A DNA stretch of 64,000 nt from Octopus sinensis (Eukaryota): positions 160,651 through 224,650 of the forward strand of contig NW_021833228.1 of NCBI RefSeq assembly GCF_006345805.1. Direction: 5' to 3'. Below the pieces are notes generated by a model, which searched no databases, was not told the origin of the DNA, and saw only the letters and a program-made list of their open reading frames with translations. Within the stretch, counting starts at the first letter, position 1, and the number at the start of each line of letters is the position of its first letter. This document shows positions 1-15,000 of the stretch, piece after piece. Made by a program: the position numbers and the translations under genes.

Positions 1-3000
1 TCAACACAATTTCTAGTTAACTAAACACTTTTAACTTCGTATACTGGTAGTAGAATGTGTCAAAAGACAACATATTTGGATCTTTTCCTTTTGATAGACA
101 GATTTCAACACAATTTCTAGTTAACTAAACACTTTTAAACTTCGTGTACTGGTAGAATGTGTGTCAAAAGACAACATTATTTGGATTTTCCTTTTGATAG
201 ACAGATTTCAACACAATTTCTAGTTAACTAAACACTTTTAAACTTCGTATACTGGTAGAATGTGTCAAAAGACAACATTATTTGGATCTTTTCCTTTTGA
301 TAGACAGATTTCACACAATTTCTAGTTAACTAAACACTTTTAAACTTCGTATACTTAGTAGTGTGAATAGAATGTGTCAAAAGACAACATATTTGGATCT
401 TATCCTTTTGATAGACAGATTTCAACACAATTTCGAGTTAACTAAACACTTTTAAACTTCGTATACTGGTAGGATGTGTCGAAAGAAAACATTATTTGGA
501 TCTTTCCCTTTTGATAGACAGATTTCAACACAATTTCTAGTTAACTAAACACTTTTAAACTTCGTATACTGGTAGAATGTGTCGAAAGAAAACATTATTT
601 GGATCTTTCCCTTTTGATAGACAGATTTCAACACAATTTCTAGTTAACTAAACACTTTTAAACTTCGTATACTGGTAGAATGTGTCAAAAGACAACATTA
701 TTTGGATCTTTTCCTTTTGATAGACAGATTTCAACACAATTCTAGTTAACTAAACACTTTTAAACTTCGTATACTGGTAGAATGTGTGTCAAAAGACAAC
801 ATTATTTGGATCTTTCCTTTTGATAGACAGATTTCAACACAATTTCGAGTTAACTAAACACTTTTAAACTTCGTATACTGGTAGGATGTGTCGAAAGAAA
901 AATTATTTGGATCTTTCCTTTTGATAGACAGATTTCAACACATTTCTAGTTAACTAAACACTTTTAAACTTCGTATACTGTAGAATGTGTAGAATGTGTC
1001 AAAAGACAACATTATTTGGATCTTTTCCTTTTGATAGACAGATTTCAACACAATTTCTAGTTAACTAAACACTTTTAAACTTCGTATACTGGTAGAATGT
1101 GTCAAAAGACAACATTATTTGGATCTTTTCCTTTTGATAGACAGATTTCAACACAATTTCTAGTTAACTAAACACTTTTAAACTTCGTATACTGGTAGAA
1201 TGTGTCAAAAGAAAACATTATTTGGATCTTTCCCTTTTGATAGACAGATTTCAACACAATTTCTAGTTAACTAAAGACTTTTAAACTTCGTATACTGGTA
1301 GAATGTGTCAAAAGACAACATTATTTGGATCTTTTCCTTTGATAGACAGATTTCAACACAATTTCTAGTTAACTAAACACTTTTTAAACTTCGTATACGT
1401 ATAGGTAGAATGTGTCGAAAGAAAACATTATTTGAATCTTTCCTTTTGATAGACAGATTTCAACACAATTTCTAGTTAACTAAATACTTTTAAACTTCGT
1501 ATATGGTAGGATGTGTCGAAAGAAAACATTATTTGGATCTTTTCCTTTTGATAGACAGATTTCACACAATTTCTAGTTAACTAAACACTTTTAAACTTCG
1601 TATACTGGTAGAATGTGTCAAAAGAAAACATTATTTGGATCTTTCCCTTTTGATAGACAGATTTCAACACAATTTCTAGTTAACTAAACACTTTTAAACT
1701 TCGTATACTGGTAGAATGTGTCAAAAAACAACTTTATTTGGATCTTTTCCTTTTGATAGACAGATTTCAGCAGAAATTCTAGTTAACTAAACACTTTTAA
1801 ACTTCGTATACTGGTAGGATGTGTCGAAAGAAAACATTATTTGGATCTTTTCCTTTTGAACGGCAGTTATCAACACAATTTCTAGTTAACTAAACACATT
1901 TAAACTTCGTATACTGGTAGAATGTGTCGAAAAAAACATTATTTGGATCTTTCCCTTTTGATAGACAGATTTCAACACAATTTCTAGTTAACTAAACACT
2001 TTTAAACTTCGTATACTGTAGTAGAATGTGTCAAAAGACAACATTATTTGGATCTTTCCTTTTGATAGACAGATTTCAACACAATTTCGAGTTAACTAAA
2101 CACTTTTAAACTTCGTATACTGGTAGGATGTGTAGAAAGACAACATTATTTGGATCTTTTCCTTTTGATAGACAGATTTCAACACAATTTCTAGTTAACT
2201 AAACACTTTTAAACTTCGTATACTGGTAGAATGTGTCAAAAGACAACATTATTTGGATCTTTTCTTTTGATAGATAGATTTCAACACAATTTCGAGTTAA
2301 CTAAACACTTTTAAACTTCGTATACTGGTAGGATGTGTCGAAAGAAAACATTATTGGATCTTTCCTTTTGATAGACAGATTTCAACACAATTTCTAGTTA
2401 ACTAAACACTTTTAAACTTCGTATACTGGTAGAATGTGTCAAAAGACAACATTATTTGGATCTTTTCCTTTTGATAGACAGATTTCAACACAATTTCTAG
2501 TTAACTAAACACTTTTAAACTTCGTATACTGGTACGATGTGTCGAAAGAAGACATTATTTGGATCTTTCCCTTTTGATAGACAGATTTCAACACAATTTC
2601 TGGTTAACTAAACACTTTAAAACTTCGTATACTGGTAGAATGTGTCAAAAGACAACATTATTTGGATCTTTTCCTTTTGATAGACAGATTTCAACACAAT
2701 TTCTAGTTAACTAAACACTTTTAAACTTCGTATACTGGTAGAATGTGTCAAAAGACAACATTATTTGGATCTTTTCCTTTTGATAGACAGATTTCAACAC
2801 AATTTCTAGTTAACTAAACACTTTTTAAACTCGTATACTGGTAGAATGTGTCGAAAGAAAACATTATTTGGATCTTTCCCTTTTGATAGACAGATTTCAA
2901 CACAATTTCTAGTTAACTAAACACTTTTAACTTCGTATACTGGTAGAATGTGTCAAAAGACAACATTATTTGGATCTTTTCCTTTTGATAGACAGATTTC

Positions 3001-6000
3001 AACACAATTTCTAGTTAACTAAACACTTTTAAACTTCGTATACTGGTAGAATGTGTCAAAAGACAACATTATTTGGATCTTATCCTTTTGATAGACAGAT
3101 TTCAACACAATTTCGAGTTAACTAAACACTTTTAAACTTCGTATACTGGTAGGATGTGTCGAAAGAAAACATTATTTGGATCTTTCCCTTTTGATAGACA
3201 GATTTCAACACAATTTCTAGTTAACTAAACACTTTTAAACTTCGTATACTGGTAGGTAGAATGTGTCAAAAGACAACATTATTTGGATCTTTCCTTTTGA
3301 TAGACAGATTTCAACACAATTTCTAGTTAACTAAACACTTTTAAACTTCGTATACTGGTAGAATGTGTCGAAAGAAAACATTATTTGAATCTTTCCCTTT
3401 TGATAGACAGATTTCAACACAATTTCTAGTTAACTAAATACTTTTAAACTTCGTATACTGGTAGGATGTGTCGAAAGAAAACATTATTTGGATCTTTTCC
3501 TTTTGATAGACAGATTTCAACACAATTTCTAGTTAACTAAACACTTTTAAACTTCGTATACTGGTAGAATGTGTCAAAAGAAAACATTATTTGGATCTTT
3601 CCCTTTTGATAGACAGATTTCAACAGAATTTCTAGTTAACTAAACACTTTTAAACTTCGTATACTGGTAGAATGTGTCAAAAAACAACTTTATTTGGATC
3701 TTTTCCTTTTGATAGACAGATTTCAACACAATTTCTAGTTAACTAAACACTTTTAAACTTCGTATACTGGTAGAATGTGTCAAAAGACAACATTATTTGG
3801 ATCTTTTCCTTTTGATAGACAGATTTCAACACAATTTCTAGTTAACTAAACACTTTTAAACTTCGTATACTGTTGGTAGAATGTGTCAAAGAAAGACAAC
3901 ATTATTTGGATCTTTTCCTTTTGATAGACAGATTTCAACACAATTTCGAGTTAACTAAACACTTTTAAACTTCGTATACTGGTAGGATGTGTCGAAAGAA
4001 AACATTATTTGGATCTTTCCTTTTGATAGACAGATTTCAACACAATTTCTAGTTAACTAAACACTTTTAAACTTCGTATACTGGTAGAATAGAATGTGTC
4101 AAAAGACAACATTATTTGGATCTTTTCCTTTTGATAGACAGATTTCAACACAATTTCTAGTTAACTAAACACTTTTAAACTTCGTATACTGGTAGAATGT
4201 GTCAAAAGACAACATTATTTGGATCTTTTCCTTTTGATAGACAGATTTCAACACAATTTCTAGTTAACTAAACACTTTTAAACTTCGTATAATAGGTGTA
4301 GAATGTGTCAAAAGAAAACATTATTGGATCTTTCCCTTTGATAGACAGATTTCAACACAATTTCTAGTTAACTAAAGACTTTTAAACTTCGTATACTGGT
4401 GTAGAATGTGTCAAAAGACAACATTATTTGGATCTTTTCCTTTTGATAGACAGATTTCAACACAATTTCTAGTTAACTAAACACTTTTAAACTTCGTATA
4501 CTGGTAGAATGTGTCGAAAGAAAACATTATTTGAATCTTTCCTTTTGATAGACAGATTTCAACACAATTTCTAGTTAACTAATACTTTTAAACTTCGTAT
4601 ACTGGTAGGATGTGTCGAAAGAAAACATTATTTGGATCTTTTCCTTTTGATAGACAGATTTCAACACAATTTCTAGTTAACTAAACACTTTTAAACTTCG
4701 TATACTGGTAGAATGTGTCAAAAGAAAACATTATTTGGATCTTTCCCTTTTGATAGACAGATTTCAACACAATTTCTAGTTAACTAAACACTTTTAAACT
4801 TCGTATACTGGTAGAATGTGTCAAAAAACAACTTTATTTGGATCTTTTCCTTTTGATAGACAGATTTCAGCACAAATTCTAGTTAACTAAACACTTTTAA
4901 ACTTCGTATACTGGTAGGATGTGTCGAAAGAAAACATTATTTGGATCTTTTCCTTTTGAACGGCAGTTATCAACACAATTTCTAGTTAACTAAACACATT
5001 TAAACTTCGTATACTGGTAGAATGTGTCGAAAGAAAACAGTATTTGGATCTTTCCCTTTTGATAGACAGATTTCAACACAATTTCTAGTTAACTAAACAC
5101 TTTTAACTTCGTATACTGTATACTGGTAGAATGTGTCAAAAGACAACATTATTTGGATCTTTTCCTTTTGATAGACAGATTTCAACACAATTTCGAGTTA
5201 ACTAAACACTTTTAAACTTCGTATACTGGTAGAGATGTGTCAAAAGACAACATTATTTGGATCTTTTCCTTTTGATAGACAGATTTCAACACAATTTCTA
5301 GTTAACTAAACACTTTTAAATCGTATACTGGTAGATAGAATGTGTCAAAAGACAACATTATTTGGATCTTTTCCTTTTGATAGATAGATTTCAACACAAT
5401 TTCGAGTTAACTAAACACTTTTAAACTTCGTATACTGGTAGGATGTGTCGAAAGAAAACATTATTTGGATCTTTCCCTTTTGATAGACAGATTTCAACAC
5501 AATTTCTAGTTAACTAAACACTTTTAAACTTCGTATACTGGTAGAATGTGTCAAAAGACAACATTATTTGGATCTTTTCCTTTTGATAGACAGATTTCAA
5601 CACAATTTCTAGTTAACTAAACACTTTTAAACTTCGTATACTGGTACGATGTGTCGAAAGAAGACATTATTTGGATCTTTCCCTTTTGATAGACAGATTT
5701 CAACACAATTTCTGGTAACTAAACACTTTAAAACTTCGTATACTGGTAGTAGATGTGTCAAAAGACAACATTATTTGGATCTTTTCCTTTTGATAGACAG
5801 ATTTCAACACAATTTCTAGTTAACTAAACACTTTTAAACTTCGTATACTGGTAGTAGTAGAATGTGTCAAAAGACAACATTATTTGGATCTTTTCCTTTG
5901 ATAGACAGATTTCAACACAATTTCTAGTTAACTAAACACTTTTAAACTTCGTGTACTGGTAGAATGTGTCGAAAGAAAACATTATTTGGATCTTTTCCTT

Positions 6001-9000
6001 TTGATAGACAGATTTCAACACAATTTCTAGTTAACTAAACACTTTTAAACTTCGTTATACTGGTAGAATGTGTAGAATGTGTCAAAAGACAACATTATTT
6101 GGATCTTTTCCTTTTGATAGACAGATTTCAACACAATTTCTAGTTAACTAACACTTTTAAACTTCGTATACTGGTAGAATGTGTCAAAAGACAACATTAT
6201 TTGGATCTTATCCTTTTGATAGACAGATTTCAACACAATTTCGAGTTAACTAAACACTTTTAAACTTCGTATACTGGTAGGATGTGTCGAAAGAAAACAT
6301 TATTTGGATCTTTCCCTTTTGATAGACAGATTTCAACACAATTTCTAGTTAACTAAACACTTTTAAACTTCGTATACTGGTAGAATAGAATGTGTCAAAA
6401 GACAACATTATTTGGATCTTTTCCTTTTGATAGACAGATTTCAACACAATTTCTAGTTAACTAAACACTTTTAAACTTCGTATACTGGTAGAATGTGTCG
6501 AAAGAAAACATTATTTGAATCTTTCCTTTTGATAGACAGATTTCAACACAATTTCTAGTTAACTAAATACTTTTAACTTCGTATACTGGTAGGATGTGTC
6601 AAAAGAAAACATTATTTGGATCTTTTCCTTTTGATAGACAGATTTCAACACAATTTCTAGTTAACTAAACACTTTAAACTTCGTATACTGGTAGAATGTG
6701 TCAAAAGAAAACATTATTTGGATCTTTCCCTTTGATAGACAGATTTCAACACAATTTCTAGTTAACTAAACACTTTTAAACTTCGTGTACTGGTAGAATG
6801 TGTCAAAAAACAACTTTATTTGGATCTTTTCCTTTTGATAGACAGATTTCAGCACAAATTCTAGTTAACTAAACACTTTTAAACTTCGTATACTGGTAGG
6901 ATGTGTCGAAAGAAAACATTATTTGGATCTTTTCCTTTTGAACGGCAGTTATCAACACAATTTCTAGTTAACTAAACACATTTAAACTTCGTATACTGGT
7001 AGAATGTGTCGAAAGAAAACAGTATTTGGATCTTTCCCTTTTGATAGACAGATTTCAACACAATTTCTAGTTAACTAAACACTTTTAAACTTCGTATACT
7101 GGTAGAATGTGTCAAAAGACAACATTATTTGGATCTTTTCCTTTTGATAGACAGATTTCAACACAATTTCGAGTTAACTAAACACTTTTAAACTTCGTAT
7201 ATGGTGGTAGGATGTGTAGAAAGAAAGACAACATTATTTGGATCTTTTCCTTTTGATAGACAGATTTCAACACAATTTCTAGTTAACTAAACACTTTTAA
7301 ACTTCGTATACTGGTAGAATGTGTCAAAAGACAACATTATTTGGATCTTTTCCTTTTGATAGATAGATTTCAACACATTTCGAGTTAACTAAACACTTTT
7401 AAACTTCGTATACTGGTAGGATGTGTCGAAAGAAAACATTATTGGATCTTTTCCTTTTGATAGACAGATTTCAACACAATTCTAGTTAACTAAAACTTTT
7501 TAAACTTCGTATACTGGTAGAATGTGTCAAAAGACAACATTATTGGATCTTTCCTTTTGATAGACAGATTTCAACACAATTTCTAGTTAACTAAACACTT
7601 TTAAACTTCGTATACTGGTACGATGTGTCGAAAGAAGACATTATTTGGATCTTTCCCTTTTGATAGACAGATTTCAACACAATTTCTGGTAACTAAACAC
7701 TTTAAAACTTCGTATACTGGTAGAATGTGTCAAAAGAACATTATTTGGATCTTTTCCTTTTGATAGACAGATTTCAACACAATTTCTAGTTAACTAAACA
7801 CTTTTAAACTTCGTATGGTGGTAGAATGTGTCAAAAGACAACATTATTTGGATCTTTTCTTTTGATAGACAGATTTCAACACAATTTCTAGTTAACTAAA
7901 CACTTTTAAACTTCGTGTACTGGTAGAATGTGTCGAAAGAAAACATTATTTGGATCTTTCCCTTTTGATAGACAGATTTCAACACAATTTTAGTTAACTA
8001 AACACTTTAAAACTTCGTATACTGTAGAATGTGTAGAATGTGTCAAAAGACAACATATTTGGATCTTTTCCTTTTGATAGACAGATTTCAACACAATTTC
8101 TAGTTAACTAAACACTTTTAAACTTCGTATACTGGTAGAATGTGTCAAAAGACAACATTATTTGGATCTTATCCTTTTGATAGACAGATTTCAACACAAT
8201 TTCGAGTTAACTAAACACTTTTAAACTTCGTATACTGGTAGGATGTGTCGAAAGAAAACATTATTTGGATCTTTCCCTTTTGATAGACAGATTTCAACAC
8301 AATTTCTAGTTAACTAAACACTTTTAAACTTCGTATACTGGTAGAATGTGTCGAAAGAAAACATTATTTGGATCTTTCCCTTTTGATAGACAGATTTCAA
8401 CACAATTTCTAGTTAACTAAACACTTTTAAACTTCGTATACTGGTAGAATGTGTCAAAAGACAACATTATTTGGATCTTTTCCTTTTGATAGACAGATTT
8501 CAACACAATTTCTAGTTAACTAAACACTTTTAAACTTCGTATACTGGTAGAATGTGTCAAAAGACAACATTATTTGGATCTTTTCCTTTTGATAGACAGA
8601 TTTCAACACAATTTCGAGTAACTAAACACTTTTAAACTTCGTATACTGGTAGAATGTGTCAAAAGACAACATTATTTGGATCTTTTCCTTTGATAGACAG
8701 ATTTCAACACAATTTCGAGTTAACTAAACACATTTAAACTTCGTATACTGGTAGGATGTGTCGAAAGAAAACATTATTTGGATCTTTCCCTTTTGATAGA
8801 CAGATTTCAACACAATTGCTAGTTAACTAAACACTTTTAAACTTCGTATACTGGTAGAATGTGTCGAAAGAAAACATTGTTTGGATCATTCCTTTTTGAT
8901 AGACAGTTTTCAACACAATTTCTAGTTAACTAAACACTTTTAAACTTCGTATACTGGTAGAATGTGTCAAAAGACAACATTCTTTGGATCTTTTCCTTTT

Positions 9001-12000
9001 GATAGACAGTTTTCAACACAATTTCTAGTTAACTAAACACTTTTAAACTTCGTATACTGTTAGGATGTGTCGAAAGAAAACATTATTTGGATCTTTCCCT
9101 TTTGATAGACAGATTTCAACACAATTTCTAGTTAACTAAACACTTTAAAACTTCGTATATGTAGTAGAATGTGTCAAAAGACAACATATTTGGATCTTTT
9201 CCTTTTGATAGACAGATTTCAACACAATTTCTAGTTAACTAAACACTTTTAAACTTCGTATACTGGTAGAATATGTCAAAAGACAACATTATTTGGATCT
9301 TTTCCTTTTGATAGACAGATTTCAACACAATTTCTAGTTAACTAAAGACTTTTAAACTTCGTATACTGGTAGAATGTGTCGAAAGAAAACATTATTTGCA
9401 TCTTTCCCTTTTGATAGACAGATTTCAACACAATTTCTAGTTAACTAAACACTTTTAAACATCGTATACTGGTAGAATGTGTCAAAAGACAACATTATTT
9501 GGATCTTTTCCTTTTGATAGACAGATTTCAACACAATTTCTAGTTAACTAAACACTTTTAAACTTCGTATACTGGTTGAATGTGTCGAAAGAAAACATTA
9601 TCTGAATCTTTCCCTTTTGATAGACAGATTTCAACACAATTTCTAGTTAACTAAACACTTTTAAACTTCGTATACTGGTAGAATGTGTCAAAAAACAACT
9701 TTATTTGGATCTTTTCCTTTTGATAGACAGATTTCAGCACAAATTCTAGTTAACACAATTTCTAGTTAACTAAACACTTTTAAACTTCGTATACTGGTAG
9801 AATGTGTCGAAAGAAAACATTATCTGAATCTTTCCCTTTTGATAGACAGATTTCAACACAATTTCTAGTTAACTAAACACTTTTAAACTTCGTATACTGG
9901 TAGAATGTGTCAAAAAACAACTTTATTTGGATCTTTTCCTTTTGATAGACTTCGTATACTGGTAGGATGTGTCGAAAGAAAACATTATTTTGGATCTTTT
10001 CCTTTTGAACGGCAGTTATCAACATAATTTCTAGTTAACTAAACACTTTTAAACTTCGTATACTGGTAGAATGTGTCAAAAGACAACATTATTTGGATCT
10101 TTTCCTTTTGATAGACAGATTTCAACACAATTTCGAGTTAACTAAACACTTTTAAACTTCGTATACTGGTAGGATGTGTCAGAAGAAAACATTATTTGGA
10201 TCTTTCCCTTTTGATAGAGAGATTTCAACACAATTTCTAGTTAACTAAACACTTTTAAACTTCGTATACTGGTAGAATGTGTCAAAAGACAACATTGTTT
10301 GGATCATTCCCTTTTGTTAGACAGTTTTCAACACAATTTCTAGTTAACTAAACACTTTTAAACTTCGTATACTGGTAGAATGTGTCAAAAGACAACATTA
10401 TTTGGATCTTTTCCTTTTGATAGACAGATTTCAACACAATTTCTAGTTAACTAAACACTTTTAAACTTCGTATACTGGTAGGATGTGTCGAAAGAAAACA
10501 TTATTTGGATCTTTCCCTTTTGATAGACAGATTTCAACACAATTTCTAGTTAACTAAACACTTTAAAACTTCGTATACTGGTAGAATGTGTCAAAAGACA
10601 ACATTATTTGGATCTTTTCCTTTTGATAGACAGATTTCAACACAATTTCTAGTTAACTAAACACTTTTAAACTTCGTATACTGTAGTAGAATGTGTCAAA
10701 AGAAAACATTATTTGGATCTTTCCCTTTTGATAGACAGATTTCAACACAATTTCTAGTTAACTAAACATTTTAAACTTCGTATACTGGTAGATAGAATGT
10801 GTCGAAAGAAAACATTATCTGAATCTTTCCCTTTTGATAGACAGATTTCAACACAATTTCTAGTTAACTAAACACTTTTAAACTTCGTATACTGGTAGAA
10901 TGTGTCAAAAAACAACTTTATTTGGATCTTTTCCTTTTGATAGACAGATTTCAGCACAAATTCTAGTTAACTAAACACTTTTAAACTTCGTATACTGGTA
11001 GGATGTGTCGAAAGAAAACATTATTTGGATCTTTTCCTTTTGAACGGCAGTTTTCAACACAATTTCTAGTTAACTAAACACTTTTAAACTTCGTATGCTG
11101 GTAGAATGTGTCAAAAGAAAACATTATTTGGATCTTTCCCTTTTGATAGACAGATTTCAACACAATTTCTAGTTAACTAAACACTTTTAAACTTCGTATA
11201 CTGGTAGAATGTGTCAAAAGACAACATTATTTGGATCTTTTCCTTTTGATAGACAGATTTCAACACAATTTCTAGTTAACTAAACACTTTTAAACTTTGT
11301 ATACTGGTAGAATGTGTCGAAAGAAAACATTATTTGAATCTTTCCCTTTTGATAGACAGATTTCAACACAATTTCTAGTTAACTAAATACTTTTAAACTT
11401 CGTATACTGGTAGGATGTGTCGAAAGAAAACATTATTTGGATCTTTCCCTTTTGATAGACAGATTTCAACACAATTTCTAGTTAACTAAACACTTTTAAA
11501 CTTCGTATACTTGTAGAATGTGTCAAAAGAAAACATTATTTGGATGTTTTCCTTTTTAACGGCAGTTTTCAACACAATTTCTAGTTAACTAAACACTTTT
11601 AAACTTCGTATACTGGTAGAATGTGTCAAAAGACAACATTATTTGGATCTTTTCCTTTTGATAGACAGATTTCAACACAATTTCTAGTTAACTAAACACT
11701 TTTAAACTTCGTATACTGGTAGAATGTGTCGAAAGAAAACATTATTTGGATCTTTCCCTTTTGATAGACAGATTTCAACACAATTTCTAGTTAACTAAAC
11801 ACTTTTAAACATCGTATACTGGTAGAATGTGTCAAAAGACAACATTATTTGGATCTTTTCCTTTTGATAGACAGATTTCAACACAATCTCTAGTTAACTA
11901 AACACTTTTAGACTTCGTATACTGGTTGAATGTGTCGAAAGAAAACATTATCTGAATCTTTCCCTTTTGATAGACAGATTTCAACACAATTTCTAGTTAA

Positions 12001-15000
12001 CTAAACACTTTTAAACTTTGTATACTGGTAGAATGTGTCAAAAGACAACATTATTTGGATCTTTTCCTTTTGATAGACAGATTTCAACACAATTTCTAGT
12101 TAACTAAACACTTTTAAGCTTCGTATACTGGTAGAATGTGTCGAAAGAAAACATTGTTGGATCATTCCTTTTTGATAGACAGATTTCAACACAATTTCTA
12201 GTTAACTAAACACTTTTAAACTTCGTATACTGGTAGAGATGTGTCAAAAGACAACATTATTTGGATCTTTTCCTTTTGATAGACAGATTTCAACACAATT
12301 TCTAGTTAACTAAACACTTTTAAACTTCGTATACTGGTAGGATGTGTCGAAAGAAAACATTATTTGGATCTTTCCCTTTTGATAGACAGATTTCAACACA
12401 ATTTCTAGTTAACTAAACACTTTTAAAACTTCGTATACTGGTAGAATGTGTCAAAAGACAACATTATTTGGATTTTCCTTTTGATAGACAGATTTCAACA
12501 CAATTTCTAGTTAACTAACACTTTTAAACTTCGTATACTGGTAGAATGTGTCAAAAGACAACATTATTTGGATCTTTTCCTTTTGATAGACAGATTTCAA
12601 CACAATTTCTAGTTAACTAAACACTTTTAATCTTCGTATACTGGTAGAATGTGTCAAAAGACAACATTATTTGGATCTTTTCCTTTTGATAGACAGATTT
12701 CAACACAATTTCGAGTTAACTAAACACTTTTAAACTTCGTATACTGGTAGGATGTGTCGAAAGAAAACATTATTTGGATCTTTTCCTTTTGATAGACAGA
12801 TTTCAACACAATTTCTAGTTAACTAAACACTTTTAAACTTCGTATACTGGTTGAATGTGTCAAAAGACAACATTTTTGGATCATTCCCTTTTGTTAGACA
12901 GTTTTCAACACAATTTCTAGTTAACTAAACACTTTTAAACTTCGTATATGGTGGTAGAATGTGTCAAAAGACAACATTATTTGGATCTTTTCCTTTTGAT
13001 AGACAGATTTAAACACAATTTCTAGTTAACTAAACACTTTTAAACTTCGTATACTGGTAGGATGTGTCGAAAGAAAACATTATTTGGATCTTTCCCTTTT
13101 GATAGACAGATTTCAACACAATTTCTAGTTAACTAAACACTTTAAAACTTCGTATACTGGTAGAATGTGTCAAAAGACAACATTATTTGGATCTTTTCCT
13201 TTTGATAGACAGATTTCAACACAATTTCTAGTTAACTAAACACTTTTAAACTTCGTATACTGGTAGAATGTGTCAAAAGACAATATTATTTGGATCTTTT
13301 CCTTTTGATAGACAGATTTCAACACAATTTCTAGATAACTAAACACTTTTAAACTTCGTATACTGGTAGAATGTGTCAAAAGAAAACATTATTTGGATCT
13401 TTCCCTTTTGATAGACAGATTTCAACACAAATTCTAGTTAACTAAACACTTTTAAACTTCGTATACTGGTAGGATGTGTCGAAAGAAAACATTATTTATC
13501 TTTCCTTTTGATAGACAGATTTCAACACAATTCTCTAGTTAACTAAACACTTTTAAACTTAGTATACTTGTAGAATGTGTCAAAAGAAAACATTATTTGG
13601 ATGTTTTCCTTTTGAACGGCAGTTTTCAACACAATTTCTAGTTAACTACACTTTAACTTTTAAACTTCGTATACTGGTAGAATGTGTCAAAAGACACATT
13701 ATTTGGATCTTTTCCTTTTGATAGACAGATTTCAACACAATTTCTAGTTAACTAAACACTTTTAAACTTCGTATACTGGTAGAATGTGTCGAAAGAAAAC
13801 ATTATTTGGATCTTTCCCTTTTGATAGACAGATTTCAACACAATTTCTAGTTAACTAAACACTTTTAAAACATCGTTTTATATACGTAGTATTTGGTAGA
13901 ATGTGTCAAAAGACAACATTATTTGGATCTTTTCCTTTTGATAGACAGATTTCAACACAATTTCGAGTTAACTAAACACATTTAAACTTCGCGTATACTG
14001 GTAGATGTGTCGAAAGAAAACATTATTGGATCTTTCCCTTTTGATAGACAGATTTCAACACAATTTCTAGTTAACTAAACACTTTTAAACTTCGTATACT
14101 GGTGTAGTAGAATGTGTCAAAAGACAACATTATTTGGATCTTTTCTTTTGATAGACAGATTTCAACACAATTTCTAGTAACTAAACACTTTTAAACTTCG
14201 TATACTGGTAGAATGTGTCGAAAGAAAACATTGTTTGGATCATTCCTTTTGATAGACAGTTTTCAACACAATTTCTAGTTAACTAAACACTTTTAAACTT
14301 CGTATACTGGTAGAATGTGTCAAAAGACAACATTATTTGGATCTTTTCCTTTTGATAGACAGTTTTCAACACAATTTCTAGTTAACTAAACAACTTTAAA
14401 ACTTCGTTTACTGGTAGGATGTGTCGAAAGAAAAAATTATTTGGATCTTTCCCTTTTGATAGACAGATTTCAACACAATTTCTAGTTAACTAAACACTTT
14501 TAAAACTTCGTATGGTAGAATTGTCAAAAGACAACATTATTGGATCTTTTCCTTTTGATAGACAGATTTCAACACAATTTCTAGTTAACTAAACACTTTT
14601 AAATTCGTATACTGGAAGTGTAGTAGAATGTGTCAAAAGACAACATTATTTGGATCTTTTCCTTTTGATAGACAGATTTCAACACAATTTCTAGTTAACT
14701 AAAGACTTTTAAACTTTGTATACTGGTAGAATGTGTCGAAAGAAAACATTATTTGGATCTTTCCCATTTGATAGACAGATTTCAACACAATTTCTAGTTA
14801 ACTAAACACTTTTAAACATCGTATACTGGTAGAATGTGTCAAAAGACAACATTATTTGGATCTTTTCCTTTTGATAGACAGATTTCAACACAATTTCTAG
14901 TTAACTAAACACTTTTAAACTTCGTATACTGGTAGAATGTGTCAAAAGAAAACATTATTTGGATCTTTCCCTTTTGATAGACAGATTTCAACACAATTTC

